28,987 bases of DNA from Archangium sp. GTDB taxonomy: Bacteria; Myxococcota; Myxococcia; Myxococcales; Myxococcaceae. Numbering within the stretch: the first letter of the stretch is position 1; each line of letters begins with the position of its first letter. The notes under the pieces are model-generated. The model did no database searches and was not told where the DNA came from. It worked only from the letters and a program-made list of their open reading frames with translations. The DNA lies in contig JANLPS010000054.1 in assembly GCA_031367385.1 (NCBI GenBank), forward strand, positions 1 to 28,987, in the 5' to 3' direction. Positions 17,395-25,670 of this stretch are shown here, piece by piece. Made by a program: the position numbers and the translations under genes.

Positions 17395-17838
17395 ATGGCA
17401 ACGTCGAACAAGAGGGCGCAGTTGGAGCAGGAGATGGTGCAGGCGTTCGGGTTGGTCCCGGAGTGGTCGAAGCTCATTCCAGAACCGGCTGCTGAAGGCC
17501 TGTGGCGAGTGATGGCCGACTTTCAGTTGGCTGAGACGAAGATTCCAAACAAGTACAAAGAACTGATCGGGCTCGCCGTCTCGGGCGCGACCAGATGCAG
17601 GTACTGCAGCCTCTTTCATGTCGAGGCAGCGCGCCTGAATGGAGCGACCGAAGAGGAGATCAACGAAGCCTGCATGATGGGCGCGCACACCATGTCGGTC
17701 AGCACGTTCCTCAACGCGGAGGGCGTCGAGTACGAGCAGTTCAAGAAGGAGCTGCTCAAGATCGTCAGCCACGTCAGAGCGCAGCAGAGCCAGTCAGGGC
17801 CGCGCACATCGGAAGTTCGGCAGGGCGCGCGTGTCTAG
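17395..17838 (+). CDS. Carboxymuconolactone decarboxylase / AhpD-like protein
   Basis: GGAGG RBS; IPNKYKELIGLAVS...RCRYC..FH...ARLNGATEEEINEA (CxxC..H). Confidence 0.9.
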   Translation: MATSNKRAQLEQEMVQAFGLVPEWSKLIPEPAAEGLWRVMADFQLAETKIPNKYKELIGLAVSGATRCRYCSLFHVEAARLNGATEEEINEACMMGAHTMSVSTFLNAEGVEYEQFKKELLKIVSHVRAQQSQSGPRTSEVRQGARV

Positions 17839-18100
17839 AGCCCAGGTGCTCGAGCGGCTCCTGACCGATGGTTTTCTTCGGCAGGAATCGACTCACTACC
17901 GAGCCGCCACCCGCTGGCATGCGGCCGTGGCGCGGGCCGCGAAGACCTTGATGGCTCGGGGTGAAGAGCTCGAAGATCTTCGCGTGCCTGTCGCCTGGGC
18001 ATTGAGCGAAACGTACGCCGAATCGGTCAGCGACGATGATCTGGTCGAGATGGCGGCCGTGATGACTCCGTTCACTGGCGTCGCTCCAACGAACGGCTGA
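17831..18100 (+). CDS. Small hypothetical protein coupled to the AhpD-like gene
   Basis: GTG start overlapping the upstream stop; LERLLTDGFL pattern resembles a winged-helix end. Confidence 0.65.
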   Translation: MSRAQVLERLLTDGFLRQESTHYRAATRWHAAVARAAKTLMARGEELEDLRVPVAWALSETYAESVSDDDLVEMAAVMTPFTGVAPTNG

Positions 18101-18185
18101 AAAGCCCCCCGCGCGGAGCCCTTCGAGCCCCGCGCGGAGTGGCGCAAAGTGAGGGTGGTCCGTACGGCGAGGAGCCACGCGCCCC

Positions 18186-18765
18186 TTGAGCAAGCGGAAC
18201 CTCGACTGGCTGTTACCCCTGAGCCTCATTGCGTTGAGCTTGATACCGGTGGCCGCGGGTACGTTTCGCGTCGTCACGCTGGCCGGCGGGGCCCGAATCA
18301 CGCCTGAAAACGCGCGGTTCTTCGCGGCGCCAGCGCCCGTGGTGCTCCACATCGTCACCGGGCCGGGTGGTCGGGGTGTGCAGCCTCATCGCAGGCCTCA
18401 CCGGCTTGTGGATGAGCCTGACGTATCCTCCAGCTGAGCACGACGGGCCGCTGCTCACCGGGTTTCGGGTCGTGTTCGGCGCCGCAATGGTCACCAGTCT
18501 CGCGCTGGGGCTCGTCGCGATTCGGCGCAGAGACGTCGCGCGGCACCAGGTCTGGGTCACGCGGGGGTACGCCATCGGCCTCGGGGCGGGCACCCAGGCC
18601 CTGGTGCACCTGCCTTGGTTGTTCCTTGCCGCTGCGCCCCAGCAGCTCGGGCGGGCCCTGCTGATGGCCGCGGGGTGGGTCATCAATCTGGCGGTGGCTG
18701 AGTGGAGCCTGAGGCGGGTGCGAGGCACGGCCACGGTCGTGCGTCAGCCAGAAGCCGCTGCTTGA
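18186..18765 (+). pseudogene. DUF2306-like membrane protein, internally deleted and frameshifted
   Basis: Frame 1 ...LSLIPVAAG.FR...ITPENARFFAAP.PVVLHIVT ends at 18360; frame 2 resumes GRVVGVCSLIAGLTGLWM...IRRRDV.RH..W.TRGYAIGLGAGTQA. Confidence 0.75.
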
Positions 18766-18802
18766 ACGAGATCGCCTCTCGCTTCTCGGCTATGCATGGG
18801 CC

Positions 18803-19141
18803 TTGAGCGACAAATACGACTGCACGACCTGTGGCGCCTGCTGCTTTGGAAAGCGCGATTACGTGCAGGTCTTTTCGCACGACATCGAACGATTGGGCGA
18901 CGAGCGAACCGAGGAGCTGGTGGCGCCTGCAGTCGGTGAGAGCCCCGCGAGCGTCGGTCGAGCCGCAGAGCCTGAGCGGTTCATGAAGATGACCGCCGGG
19001 CATTGCATCGCGCTGAGCATCTCGGTGCCAAACCAGTTCTTGTGCGCGGTGTACGAAAACCGGCCGACGTTGTGCCGTGCCCTCGAGCCGGGCACTTCTC
19101 CGTGCCTCGAGGCCCGGGCGCGACACGGCCTCGCGCTCTAA
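18803..19141 (+). CDS. YkgJ family CxxCxxCC cysteine-cluster protein
   Basis: DCTTCGACC, HCIAL, CAVYENRPTLCR, PC..AR. Confidence 0.88.
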   Translation: MSDKYDCTTCGACCFGKRDYVQVFSHDIERLGDERTEELVAPAVGESPASVGRAAEPERFMKMTAGHCIALSISVPNQFLCAVYENRPTLCRALEPGTSPCLEARARHGLAL

Positions 19142-19282
19142 CGCGTCGAACGGCCGCGGGGGTTACCACCTGAGCAGCGTGACCACCTGTCGTACTTCTT
19201 CTGGCGCCGTCGACCCCGTTCGCCATGGCCGAGTCGAACGACCCGACCAAGCGAAGCCACGAACCGACGGTTAGCCTATCGC

Positions 19283-19864
19283 GTGCTCCGTTCATCACTC
19301 GAACCCCCGAACCTGAAATCACTCCCCACGTTTCAACGGCCCGACTTGATTCAGAGGGCGTGGGCGCTGCCGGTGGCGCAACGGTATGCGCCGCTCCTGT
19401 CGCAGAGCTTCACCTCGATCTGCGGCCCGACCAGCGTCGCGAACGTCCTCCGCTCGATGGGGGTGGGTGCAGCGAAGAACCCGCTTCGTGGCTTTGGCCT
19501 CAGGGCGATGAGCCTCGAGCAGCTCGCGAGCGAAGCGGGTGAGGTGGTGCCGGCGGGGTGGCGTGTGCGTTCGATGCGCCCCTCGAGCGTCGAGGCGTTG
19601 AGGGTCGAGCTGCGGGCCTCGAACCACGAGAATCGGCGCCTGGTGACCAACTTCGCGCGCGCCTCACTCTTCGGTGGCGGCAGCGGTCACCATTCACCGA
19701 TTGGCGGGTACCTCGAGCAAGAAGACCTGGCCTTCGTGCTCGACGTCAATGCCGGGTATGGGCCGTGGTTGGTGAGCACCGAGCGCCTCTTCGATGCGAT
19801 GAGCACGGTGGCCGATTGGGCGACCGGTAAGACGCGAGGGCTGGCAGTATTCGAGCACCCATGA
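19283..19864 (+). CDS. Phytochelatin synthase-like protein (papain fold)
   Basis: SQ....CGPTSVANVL, NF.R..LFG...GHHSPIGGY...D..FVLDV...YGPWLV (Gln/Cys/His/Asp catalytic set); start uncertain. Confidence 0.85.
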   Translation: MLRSSLEPPNLKSLPTFQRPDLIQRAWALPVAQRYAPLLSQSFTSICGPTSVANVLRSMGVGAAKNPLRGFGLRAMSLEQLASEAGEVVPAGWRVRSMRPSSVEALRVELRASNHENRRLVTNFARASLFGGGSGHHSPIGGYLEQEDLAFVLDVNAGYGPWLVSTERLFDAMSTVADWATGKTRGLAVFEHP

Positions 19865-20391
19865 GCCAAAACACCTCGTCGCCGTTGGTCGCCGCGGCCC
19901 AAGCGTTGGCGCTCGAGCTGAATCGGTTCGACGAGACGCTGGGCGGGTTCAAGCGGCTCTCGCTCAGCTCGAAGAAGAACCTCAACAAGGCGTCGACCAT
20001 GCTCAATGAGCTGGGCGAGATCGAGTCGCAGATCGGTCTCCACATTCAGTCACTCGTGAAGGCGATCGGAGGCGCTGGAGAAGCGCAGCTCGCCCGTGTC
20101 AGTGAGGTGAAGGCCCGCGCGGAGCAGCTCCAAGCCCGCGCCGTCACCTTCAACGCGCTCACCGTGCAGCTCGAAGCGCTCGGCACAGCTGCATCGGCCC
20201 TGAACGAGAAGCTCCAGGGGCCCTCACCCACCGTCGTCGACGTCGTCGAAGAGTTGGGGCTGCTCTCGGCGGGGTCGGTGGAGCTGCAAACGCAGGCGAA
20301 GACAGAGGGCTTCGACGATGTCGCTCATCTCGCCGATGGGCTCAAGCAACAGCTCCAGGCGTTGAAGGGCAAGCTGGGTCGCGCGAGGTGA
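19861..20391 (+). CDS. Hypothetical all-helical (coiled-coil) protein
   Basis: ATGA overlap with the upstream gene; heptad-rich L/A/E/Q composition. Confidence 0.75.
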   Translation: MSQNTSSPLVAAAQALALELNRFDETLGGFKRLSLSSKKNLNKASTMLNELGEIESQIGLHIQSLVKAIGGAGEAQLARVSEVKARAEQLQARAVTFNALTVQLEALGTAASALNEKLQGPSPTVVDVVEELGLLSAGSVELQTQAKTEGFDDVAHLADGLKQQLQALKGKLGRAR

Positions 20392-20491
20392 GCGCGCTCC
20401 GGAGCCGCACACCAGACGCCCCATGTGCGCCTGCAGCTCGCTGAGCTCCGCAAGATAATCGAGCTCGATGCTTCGCGGCCGAGGCTCAGCG

Positions 20492-20727
20492 TCACCCTGG
20501 GCCGTCGAAGCGAAAGAAAAGCTCTTCGACGCCGTCAGGCCCTTTTTCGGTGTCGCCGACGATCGTCTTCTTGCCTGCGCTTGCATCGCCGAGCACCTTG
20601 ACTCGCCAATGCGTCATGAAGGCGCTCCACTCTCTGGCGACGAAGGCTGCCATGCGGCCCGCGTCGGGGTCTGCCTGGTGCTCGAAGAAGATCGGAGGTC
20701 TGAGTCCAGCACATCACGCAACGGCAT
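20492..20727 (-). pseudogene. RimJ/RimL-like GNAT acetyltransferase remnant (not in ORF track)
   Basis: MPLRDVLDSDL, 1-bp frameshift near 20695, then PIFFEHQADPDAGRMAAFVARE..AFMTHWRVKVLGD...KKTIV fused directly to the C-terminus GDTEKGPDGVEELFFRFDGPG*; the acetyl-CoA-binding core is absent. Confidence 0.7.
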
Positions 20728-20800
20728 CCGGTATCCCTACCGTACCGAGAGCCCGAGCGTTACAACGTCGACTCCCTCACACTTCGAATCACGAGAAAAA

Positions 20801-21478
20801 ATGCCACTCAAAGTCATCATCACGGGCGCAACGGGCATGGTCGGAGAGGGTGTTCTTCTTCACAGCCTGAATGACCCCCGCGTCGAAAAGGTGTTGTCGG
20901 TGAGCCGTAGGAGCACGGGCCGCACGCACCCGAAGCTCACTGAGCTGCTCGTGCCTGACTTCATGAAGCTCGACGCGGTCGAAGCACACCTGGCGGGTTA
21001 CGACGCTTGTTTCTATTGCGCGGGAGTCAGCTCGGTCGGCGTGAACGAAGCCGACTACACCAAGATTACCTACGACACGCCGCTGCACTTCGCGGCCCTG
21101 CTGGCTCGCCTGAACCCGGGCATGGTGCTGGTGCATGTCTCGGGGCGTTCGACCGACGGCTCCGAGCAGGGCAAGGTGATGTGGGCGCGCGTGAAGGGCA
21201 AGGCCGAGAACGCGTTGATGAAGCTGCCGTTCAAGGCGGTCTTCAATTTTCGGCCAGCTTTGATGAAGCCGGTCGCTGGGCAGAAGAACGTGAAGGCCGC
21301 GTTCAAGCCGGTGGTCTGGCTCTACCCCGTCGTCGCAGCCCTCTTCTCAGGCTCGGCGATGACGCTCGATGAGGTGAGCAGTGCCATGATCCGCTGCGTG
21401 GTTGAAGGAGCGCCCAAGCAGGTGCTCGAGGTCGCAGACATGCAGGCGCTCGCGAGTCAGTCTCAGCAACAGGCCTGA
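20801..21478 (+). CDS. NAD-dependent epimerase/dehydratase-like protein
   Basis: ATG 20801; KVIITGATGMVGEGVL, YDACFYCAGVSS, MWARVKGKAEN. Confidence 0.9.
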   Translation: MPLKVIITGATGMVGEGVLLHSLNDPRVEKVLSVSRRSTGRTHPKLTELLVPDFMKLDAVEAHLAGYDACFYCAGVSSVGVNEADYTKITYDTPLHFAALLARLNPGMVLVHVSGRSTDGSEQGKVMWARVKGKAENALMKLPFKAVFNFRPALMKPVAGQKNVKAAFKPVVWLYPVVAALFSGSAMTLDEVSSAMIRCVVEGAPKQVLEVADMQALASQSQQQA

Positions 21479-21483
21479 CGCAC

Positions 21484-22197
21484 ATGCGAGCGGCTGTCGT
21501 TCTCGGTGCATCGGGCTCGGTCGGCGAGGCGCTGATCACCGAGCTGATTCGCAACGGGTCATTCAAAACGATCGTGACGCTGACCCGTCGTTCGCAGCCC
21601 GCTCAAGTCGCGCTGGCTCGTGATGCGGGTGTTGAGTTGCGCGAGATTCTCGTGCCCGCGATGGAGCCGGCCCGTCTTGGAGCGGCCACGGCAGAGGCCA
21701 TTCGGTCGCTCGAAGGCGAAGCCGTCGGGTTGAGTGTGTTGGGTGTCGGAGGGGGCACCGCGAAGCTCACCATCGACCAGCATCGTGCCGTCGATGTGCA
21801 GTTGAACGCGGCGTTTGCGAGAGGGTTGAAGGCCTCGGGGCGCGTGACACACCTCGCGTTCATGTCTGCCGGAGGCGCCGACCCCACTGCGTCGGCGACC
21901 GGTTCAGGCGCCGCGGGTATGGCGCGGTACGCTCGCGTGAAGGGGGAGGCCGAAGAGGCGGTCAAAGCGAGCGGTCTCTTTGTGGTGAGCATCTTTCGCC
22001 CGGCGATGATCATCGGCTCGCGACACACGCCGTGGCTGCTCGAGAAAGTGCTGCCACTGTTCTCATTCGTGACGCCCACGAACTACAAATCAATCACGGT
22101 CGAGCAGATCGCGAAGGCGATGGTCGCGACTTCACTCAACGCGCCAGCGAAGTCGGCCGTCTACCACTACCCTGAGATGATCGCGTTGGGTCGGTGA
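21484..22197 (+). CDS. NAD(P)-binding atypical SDR (TIP30/YraR-like)
   Basis: VVLGASGSVG, SAGGAD, YARVKGEAEE, SIFRPAMIIG.R. Confidence 0.85.
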   Translation: MRAAVVLGASGSVGEALITELIRNGSFKTIVTLTRRSQPAQVALARDAGVELREILVPAMEPARLGAATAEAIRSLEGEAVGLSVLGVGGGTAKLTIDQHRAVDVQLNAAFARGLKASGRVTHLAFMSAGGADPTASATGSGAAGMARYARVKGEAEEAVKASGLFVVSIFRPAMIIGSRHTPWLLEKVLPLFSFVTPTNYKSITVEQIAKAMVATSLNAPAKSAVYHYPEMIALGR

Positions 22198-22226
22198 GCG
22201 CTTCAATCATCGACCGCTGAGCAACG

Positions 22227-22718
22227 CTACGCACCTTTGCGCGCGCGCTCGATCGCCGCGACGTCGATCTTCCGCATCTCCATCATCGCCTCGAACACGC
22301 GTTTCGCTGCGGCGCGATCGGGGTCTTTCATTCCCATGGTCAGCGCGACGGGCGTGATCTGCCACGACATGCCCCATTTGTCCTTGCACCAACCGCAGGC
22401 GCTCTCCTGCCCGCCGTTCTTGAGAATCGCGTCCCAGTAGCGGTCGGTCTCGGCTTGGTCGTCGGTCGCAACCTGAAATGAAAATGCCTCGGTGTGTTTG
22501 AATGCGGGGCCCCCGTTGAGACCGAAGCAGGCCAGTCCGAGCACGGTGAATTCGACCCCCAGCACGTCGCCCTTTTTACCCGATGGAAAATCGCCGGGCG
22601 CGCGCCAGAGCGTGCCCACACTGCTGTTGGGAAACGTGCTGGCGTAAAACCGCGCGGCCTCTTCGGCATCGCCGTTGTACCAAAGGCAGATCGTGTTCTT
22701 CGCGACGGGAGCAGGCAT
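22227..22718 (-). CDS. VOC family protein (3-demethylubiquinone-9 3-methyltransferase-like / PhnB-like)
   Basis: KNTICLWY.GDAEEAARFY...LNGGPAFKHTEAFSFQV.TDDQAETDRYW...CGWCKDKWG.SWQI; ATG 22718 with GAGGAG. Confidence 0.92.
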   Translation of the reverse strand: MPAPVAKNTICLWYNGDAEEAARFYASTFPNSSVGTLWRAPGDFPSGKKGDVLGVEFTVLGLACFGLNGGPAFKHTEAFSFQVATDDQAETDRYWDAILKNGGQESACGWCKDKWGMSWQITPVALTMGMKDPDRAAAKRVFEAMMEMRKIDVAAIERARKGA

Positions 22719-22887
22719 GGCGTTCTCCTCGGGGTTTGGCGCGCGAATACCACGTCTGCGAAAACCTAGCGGATTGCCCATGTCGGCTCGTTGCTGGTCA
22801 CCACCTGGCCGTCGTCTCGGGCACCGGCATTCGCACCCCGAAGCGGGGGCTCAAAGGTCGCCCTTGCGTGTCGCCAGATCCCGCGAT

Positions 22888-22915
22888 AAATACTGAACCA
22901 TATGGTTCAGTATTT
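22888..22915. promoter_or_regulatory. Perfect 28-bp palindrome over the ArsR start codon, putative auto-operator
   Basis: AAATACTGAACCAT|ATGGTTCAGTATTT. Confidence 0.8.
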
Positions 22916-23267
22916 GGGTGCCCGCCTCGATGCCTCGTTCGCAGCGCTCTCAGACACGACCCGCCGCGGCGTTCTGGAGCACCTCGGGCGTGCGGATGCC
23001 TCGATCACGGACCTTGCCGAGAAGTTTCACATGACGCTCACGGGCATGAAGAAGCACGTCGGCATCTTGGAGCAGGCCGGGCTCGTCGCTACCCAGAAGG
23101 TCGGCCGCGTTCGCACCTGCAAGCTTGGAGCTCGCGGTCTGGAGGAAGAGACGGCGTGGCTCGCGGGTCACCGCCAGCTCTGGGCCTCGCGCTTCGATGC
23201 GTTGGACAACGTCGTCGAAGAACTCAAACGCAAGGAGAAGGCCAATGGACGCAAAAAGAGAGAATGA
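22902..23267 (+). CDS. ArsR/SmtB family transcriptional regulator
   Basis: LDASFAALSD.TRRGVLE.L...ASITDLAEKFHMTLTGMKKHV.ILEQAGLV...KVGRVR. Confidence 0.92.
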   Translation: MVQYLGARLDASFAALSDTTRRGVLEHLGRADASITDLAEKFHMTLTGMKKHVGILEQAGLVATQKVGRVRTCKLGARGLEEETAWLAGHRQLWASRFDALDNVVEELKRKEKANGRKKRE

Positions 23268-23763
23268 CTCCGTGAAGAACCGCACGACGACGGAGCGAAA
23301 GTCTGATCGTGAGCTCGTCGTCACGCGAACTGTGAACGGCCCCGCGCGCATCGTGTTCGACGCGTGGACCAAGCCCGAGCTGCTCAAGCGATGGTGGGCA
23401 CCGAAGTCGTTTGGCGTGTTCTTCATTTCGTGCGACGCCGATGTTCGCGTGGGGGGCGCGTACCGTTTCGTGTTCGGCCACGCCGCCTCAGCGCAGCCGA
23501 TGGCCTTTTTCGGCAGGTATCTCGAAGTGGTGCCGCACTCGCGCCTCGCCTGGTCGAATGAAGAAGCGGGGGAGGGTGGGGCCATCACCACGGTGACCTT
23601 CGAAGAGACAGGTGGCACGACACTGGTCGTCGTGCACGACCTCTACCCCTCGAAAGAAGCGCTCGACGCTGCCATCGCCTCCGGGAGCACGGGTGGTATG
23701 GGCGAGACCTTCGAGCAACTCGACGAGCTGCTCGTCGCCCTCTCCACTGGCCCCAAGGTGTAG
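23245..23763 (+). CDS. SRPBCC (AHSA1-like) family protein
   Basis: AAGGAG RBS and ATG 23245; SDRELVVTRTVNGPARIVFDAWTKPELLKRWW...DVRVGG.YR. Confidence 0.9.
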   Translation: MDAKRENDSVKNRTTTERKSDRELVVTRTVNGPARIVFDAWTKPELLKRWWAPKSFGVFFISCDADVRVGGAYRFVFGHAASAQPMAFFGRYLEVVPHSRLAWSNEEAGEGGAITTVTFEETGGTTLVVVHDLYPSKEALDAAIASGSTGGMGETFEQLDELLVALSTGPKV

Positions 23764-23958
23764 GAGGCCTTCACGGTACGGAAAGTGCTCGACGCTGGGC
23801 GCTCGTTGGCATCTCCGTAGACGAGCACTTCGTTGGCGGTGCCGACGATGATTTTGCCGATCGCGCCCCGGGGGGCCAACGGTCGAGGCTCAGCCGAACA
23901 ACCTCGCGCTGGGCGTCGTCTGGCCCTGGGGGTGGGGGCGATGGGCTCGGGCCTTTCG

Positions 23959-24825
23959 CTAGGCCGCGAGGCTCGCCGCGAGCAAAGTCTTGAAGGTCGC
24001 GCATGGGTGGCCGATCAATTTTTCGAGCGTCTGATCGACCGCGGCGAACTCGCCACGTCGGCTCGCGAGAAACATGCCCAGCGCGAACCGGGCGCGTCCT
24101 TCGGGCATGCCGCGCTCGACCGATTTGGCGACGTAGGCCTCGTCGGTGAGCACGGTGTGCTTGAGCGGTTTGCCGGTGACTTCGCCTGCCAATCGCGCGA
24201 GGTCGCCGAAATCGAGACCCGCGGCACCCGTCAAAGGCGGAGTTGGCCCGTCGAATCGACTTTCATCGAGCAGAACCGCCGCGGCGCCCTGGGCGAGGTC
24301 TTCGTGCCCGACCCACGAGAACTTGCCGCTCTCAGGGGTCACAAGCTCGCCGGCTTTGACGGCGCCCATCATCATCGCAATGGCACTGGCGGCGTAGAAC
24401 CCGTTGCGCAGCGAGGTGAATGGCAGGCCCGAATCCCTCAGCATCGCCTCGGTCGCGGCGTGATCGAGCGCGGGGTTGAAGGCCGAGGTGGGGCTGGCGG
24501 CGATCTGACTCGTATAGACGATGCGTTTCACGCCGACCGCCTTGGCCGCGTCGATGGCTTTTCGGTGTTGAGCAATCGGGTCGCCTCCAAAGGCACGCGC
24601 GTTCGACGAGACCATCAACACCTGTGAGGCGCCCTCGAACGCGTGTTTCAAGCTTTCGGCGTCTTCAAAATCGCCGCGCCGAACGCGAACGCCTTTCGCA
24701 GCCCAAGCGGCGGCCTTCTCGAGAGCGCGCACCCTCACTCCAATCGCGCTCGCTGAGCCCCGGTTCACCAATTGCTCGACGATGGCGTGGCCCAGCTGGC
24801 CGGTGGCTCCAGTCACTACGATCAT
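23959..24825 (-). CDS. NmrA-like / QorB(YtfG)-like NAD(P)H-binding oxidoreductase
   Basis: MIVVTGATGQLG, VRRGDF.D..SL..AFEGA, AAKAVGVKRIVYTS, H.ATE..L..SGLPFTSLRNGFY. Confidence 0.9.
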   Translation of the reverse strand: MIVVTGATGQLGHAIVEQLVNRGSASAIGVRVRALEKAAAWAAKGVRVRRGDFEDAESLKHAFEGASQVLMVSSNARAFGGDPIAQHRKAIDAAKAVGVKRIVYTSQIAASPTSAFNPALDHAATEAMLRDSGLPFTSLRNGFYAASAIAMMMGAVKAGELVTPESGKFSWVGHEDLAQGAAAVLLDESRFDGPTPPLTGAAGLDFGDLARLAGEVTGKPLKHTVLTDEAYVAKSVERGMPEGRARFALGMFLASRRGEFAAVDQTLEKLIGHPCATFKTLLAASLAA

Positions 24826-24836
24826 TCGGTGCTCCT

Positions 24837-24907
24837 GTTATCGGTGATAACCAATAAATGGTATCACTGGAAACAGCCAGGCGCAACGCCGTGCTATCAA
24901 CGCTCAC
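24837..24907. promoter_or_regulatory. Putative TetR operators GNTATC-N3-GATAAC (one perfect, two degenerate)
   Basis: GTTATC-GGT-GATAAC 24837-24851; GGTATC-ACT-GGAAAC 24860-24874; GCTATC-AAC-GCTCAC 24893-24907, between the divergent genes. Confidence 0.6.
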
Positions 24908-24911
24908 TCAG

Positions 24912-25622
24912 ATGAAGCGTCAGACCCCCTTCAGACCCGACACGGTTCGAGAACGAATAATCGCCGCAGGGGCTCGAATTCTGGCCTCTGGAGGCCGCGA
25001 AGCACTCACCACTCGTTCAGTTTCGACGGCGGCCGACGTTCAAGCGCCGACCATCTACCGACTGTTCGGCGACAAAGACGGTCTGCTCGAAGCGGTCGCC
25101 GAAGATGGGCTCACTCGGTACATCGCGCGAAAAAAAGGGTACGCGGCGAAGGCCGGCCCCCTCGAAGACCTCCGTCTCGGGTGGGACTTGAACGTCGAAT
25201 TCGGTCTCGAGAACCCCGCGATATTTTCGATTCTCAGCGCGTCTCCTCGAGCCGGCGCGCTCTCTCGTGCGGCGTCGGGCGGTATCGAAATTCTGCGCTC
25301 GAGAATGAGGCGCGTCGCCGTCGCGGGCCTGCTGCGCGTGAGCGAAGAGCGCGCGGTCAACCTGGTGCGCGTAGGCGGCTCAGGCACGGTGCTGACGTTG
25401 CTCAGCCTGCCTGAGAACGAGCGTGACCTGGGGCTGTCAGTAGCGGCCAGAGAAGCAGTGATCGCCGCCATTACCACCACGCGCTCGGCCGTTCGTCACA
25501 CTGGCGTGGCGGGAGCGGCGGTTGCCCTGCGGGCCTCAATCACGCAGGCCGCCCCGTTGAGCGCGGGTGAACGCGCGTTGCTCGCCGAATTGCTCGAGCG
25601 CCTGGCGACTCCGGTAAAATAG
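24912..25622 (+). CDS. TetR/AcrR family transcriptional regulator
   Basis: RERIIAAG..IL..GGREALTTRSV..AADVQAPTIYRLFGDKDGLLEAVA; start ATG 24912 (24858 possible). Confidence 0.92.
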   Translation: MKRQTPFRPDTVRERIIAAGARILASGGREALTTRSVSTAADVQAPTIYRLFGDKDGLLEAVAEDGLTRYIARKKGYAAKAGPLEDLRLGWDLNVEFGLENPAIFSILSASPRAGALSRAASGGIEILRSRMRRVAVAGLLRVSEERAVNLVRVGGSGTVLTLLSLPENERDLGLSVAAREAVIAAITTTRSAVRHTGVAGAAVALRASITQAAPLSAGERALLAELLERLATPVK

Positions 25623-25670
25623 GAAGCAGCCATGTGCCGGCCCCGGTCCGGCCGAGAACACCGACTGAAC

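Noticed and set aside
17170..17772. N-terminal 201 aa of track ORF 16798..17772
   Set aside because: It is antisense to the AhpD-like gene and intergenic DNA; the RBS supports a start at 17169
18103..18140. Direct repeat CCCCGCGCGGAG x2, and short CACGCCA repeats at 33-57
   Set aside because: Only two short GC-rich copies with no spacer periodicity; not a CRISPR array or a recognisable REP family
13729..18360. Programmed ribosomal frameshifting in the GyrI-like and DUF2306 genes
   Set aside because: No slippery heptamer is present, and conserved residues appear to be missing, so restoring the frame would not give a full protein
19134..19278. Possible integron attC site (CTCTAAC ... GTTAGCC after the YkgJ stop)
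   Set aside because: The R boxes deviate from RYYYAAC/GTTRRRY, there is no convincing L-box pairing, no repeats occur after other genes, gene orientations are mixed and there is no integrase
20468..20800. N-terminal extension of the epimerase ORF
   Set aside because: It is the antisense of the GNAT pseudogene; the Rossmann motif starts right after ATG 20801
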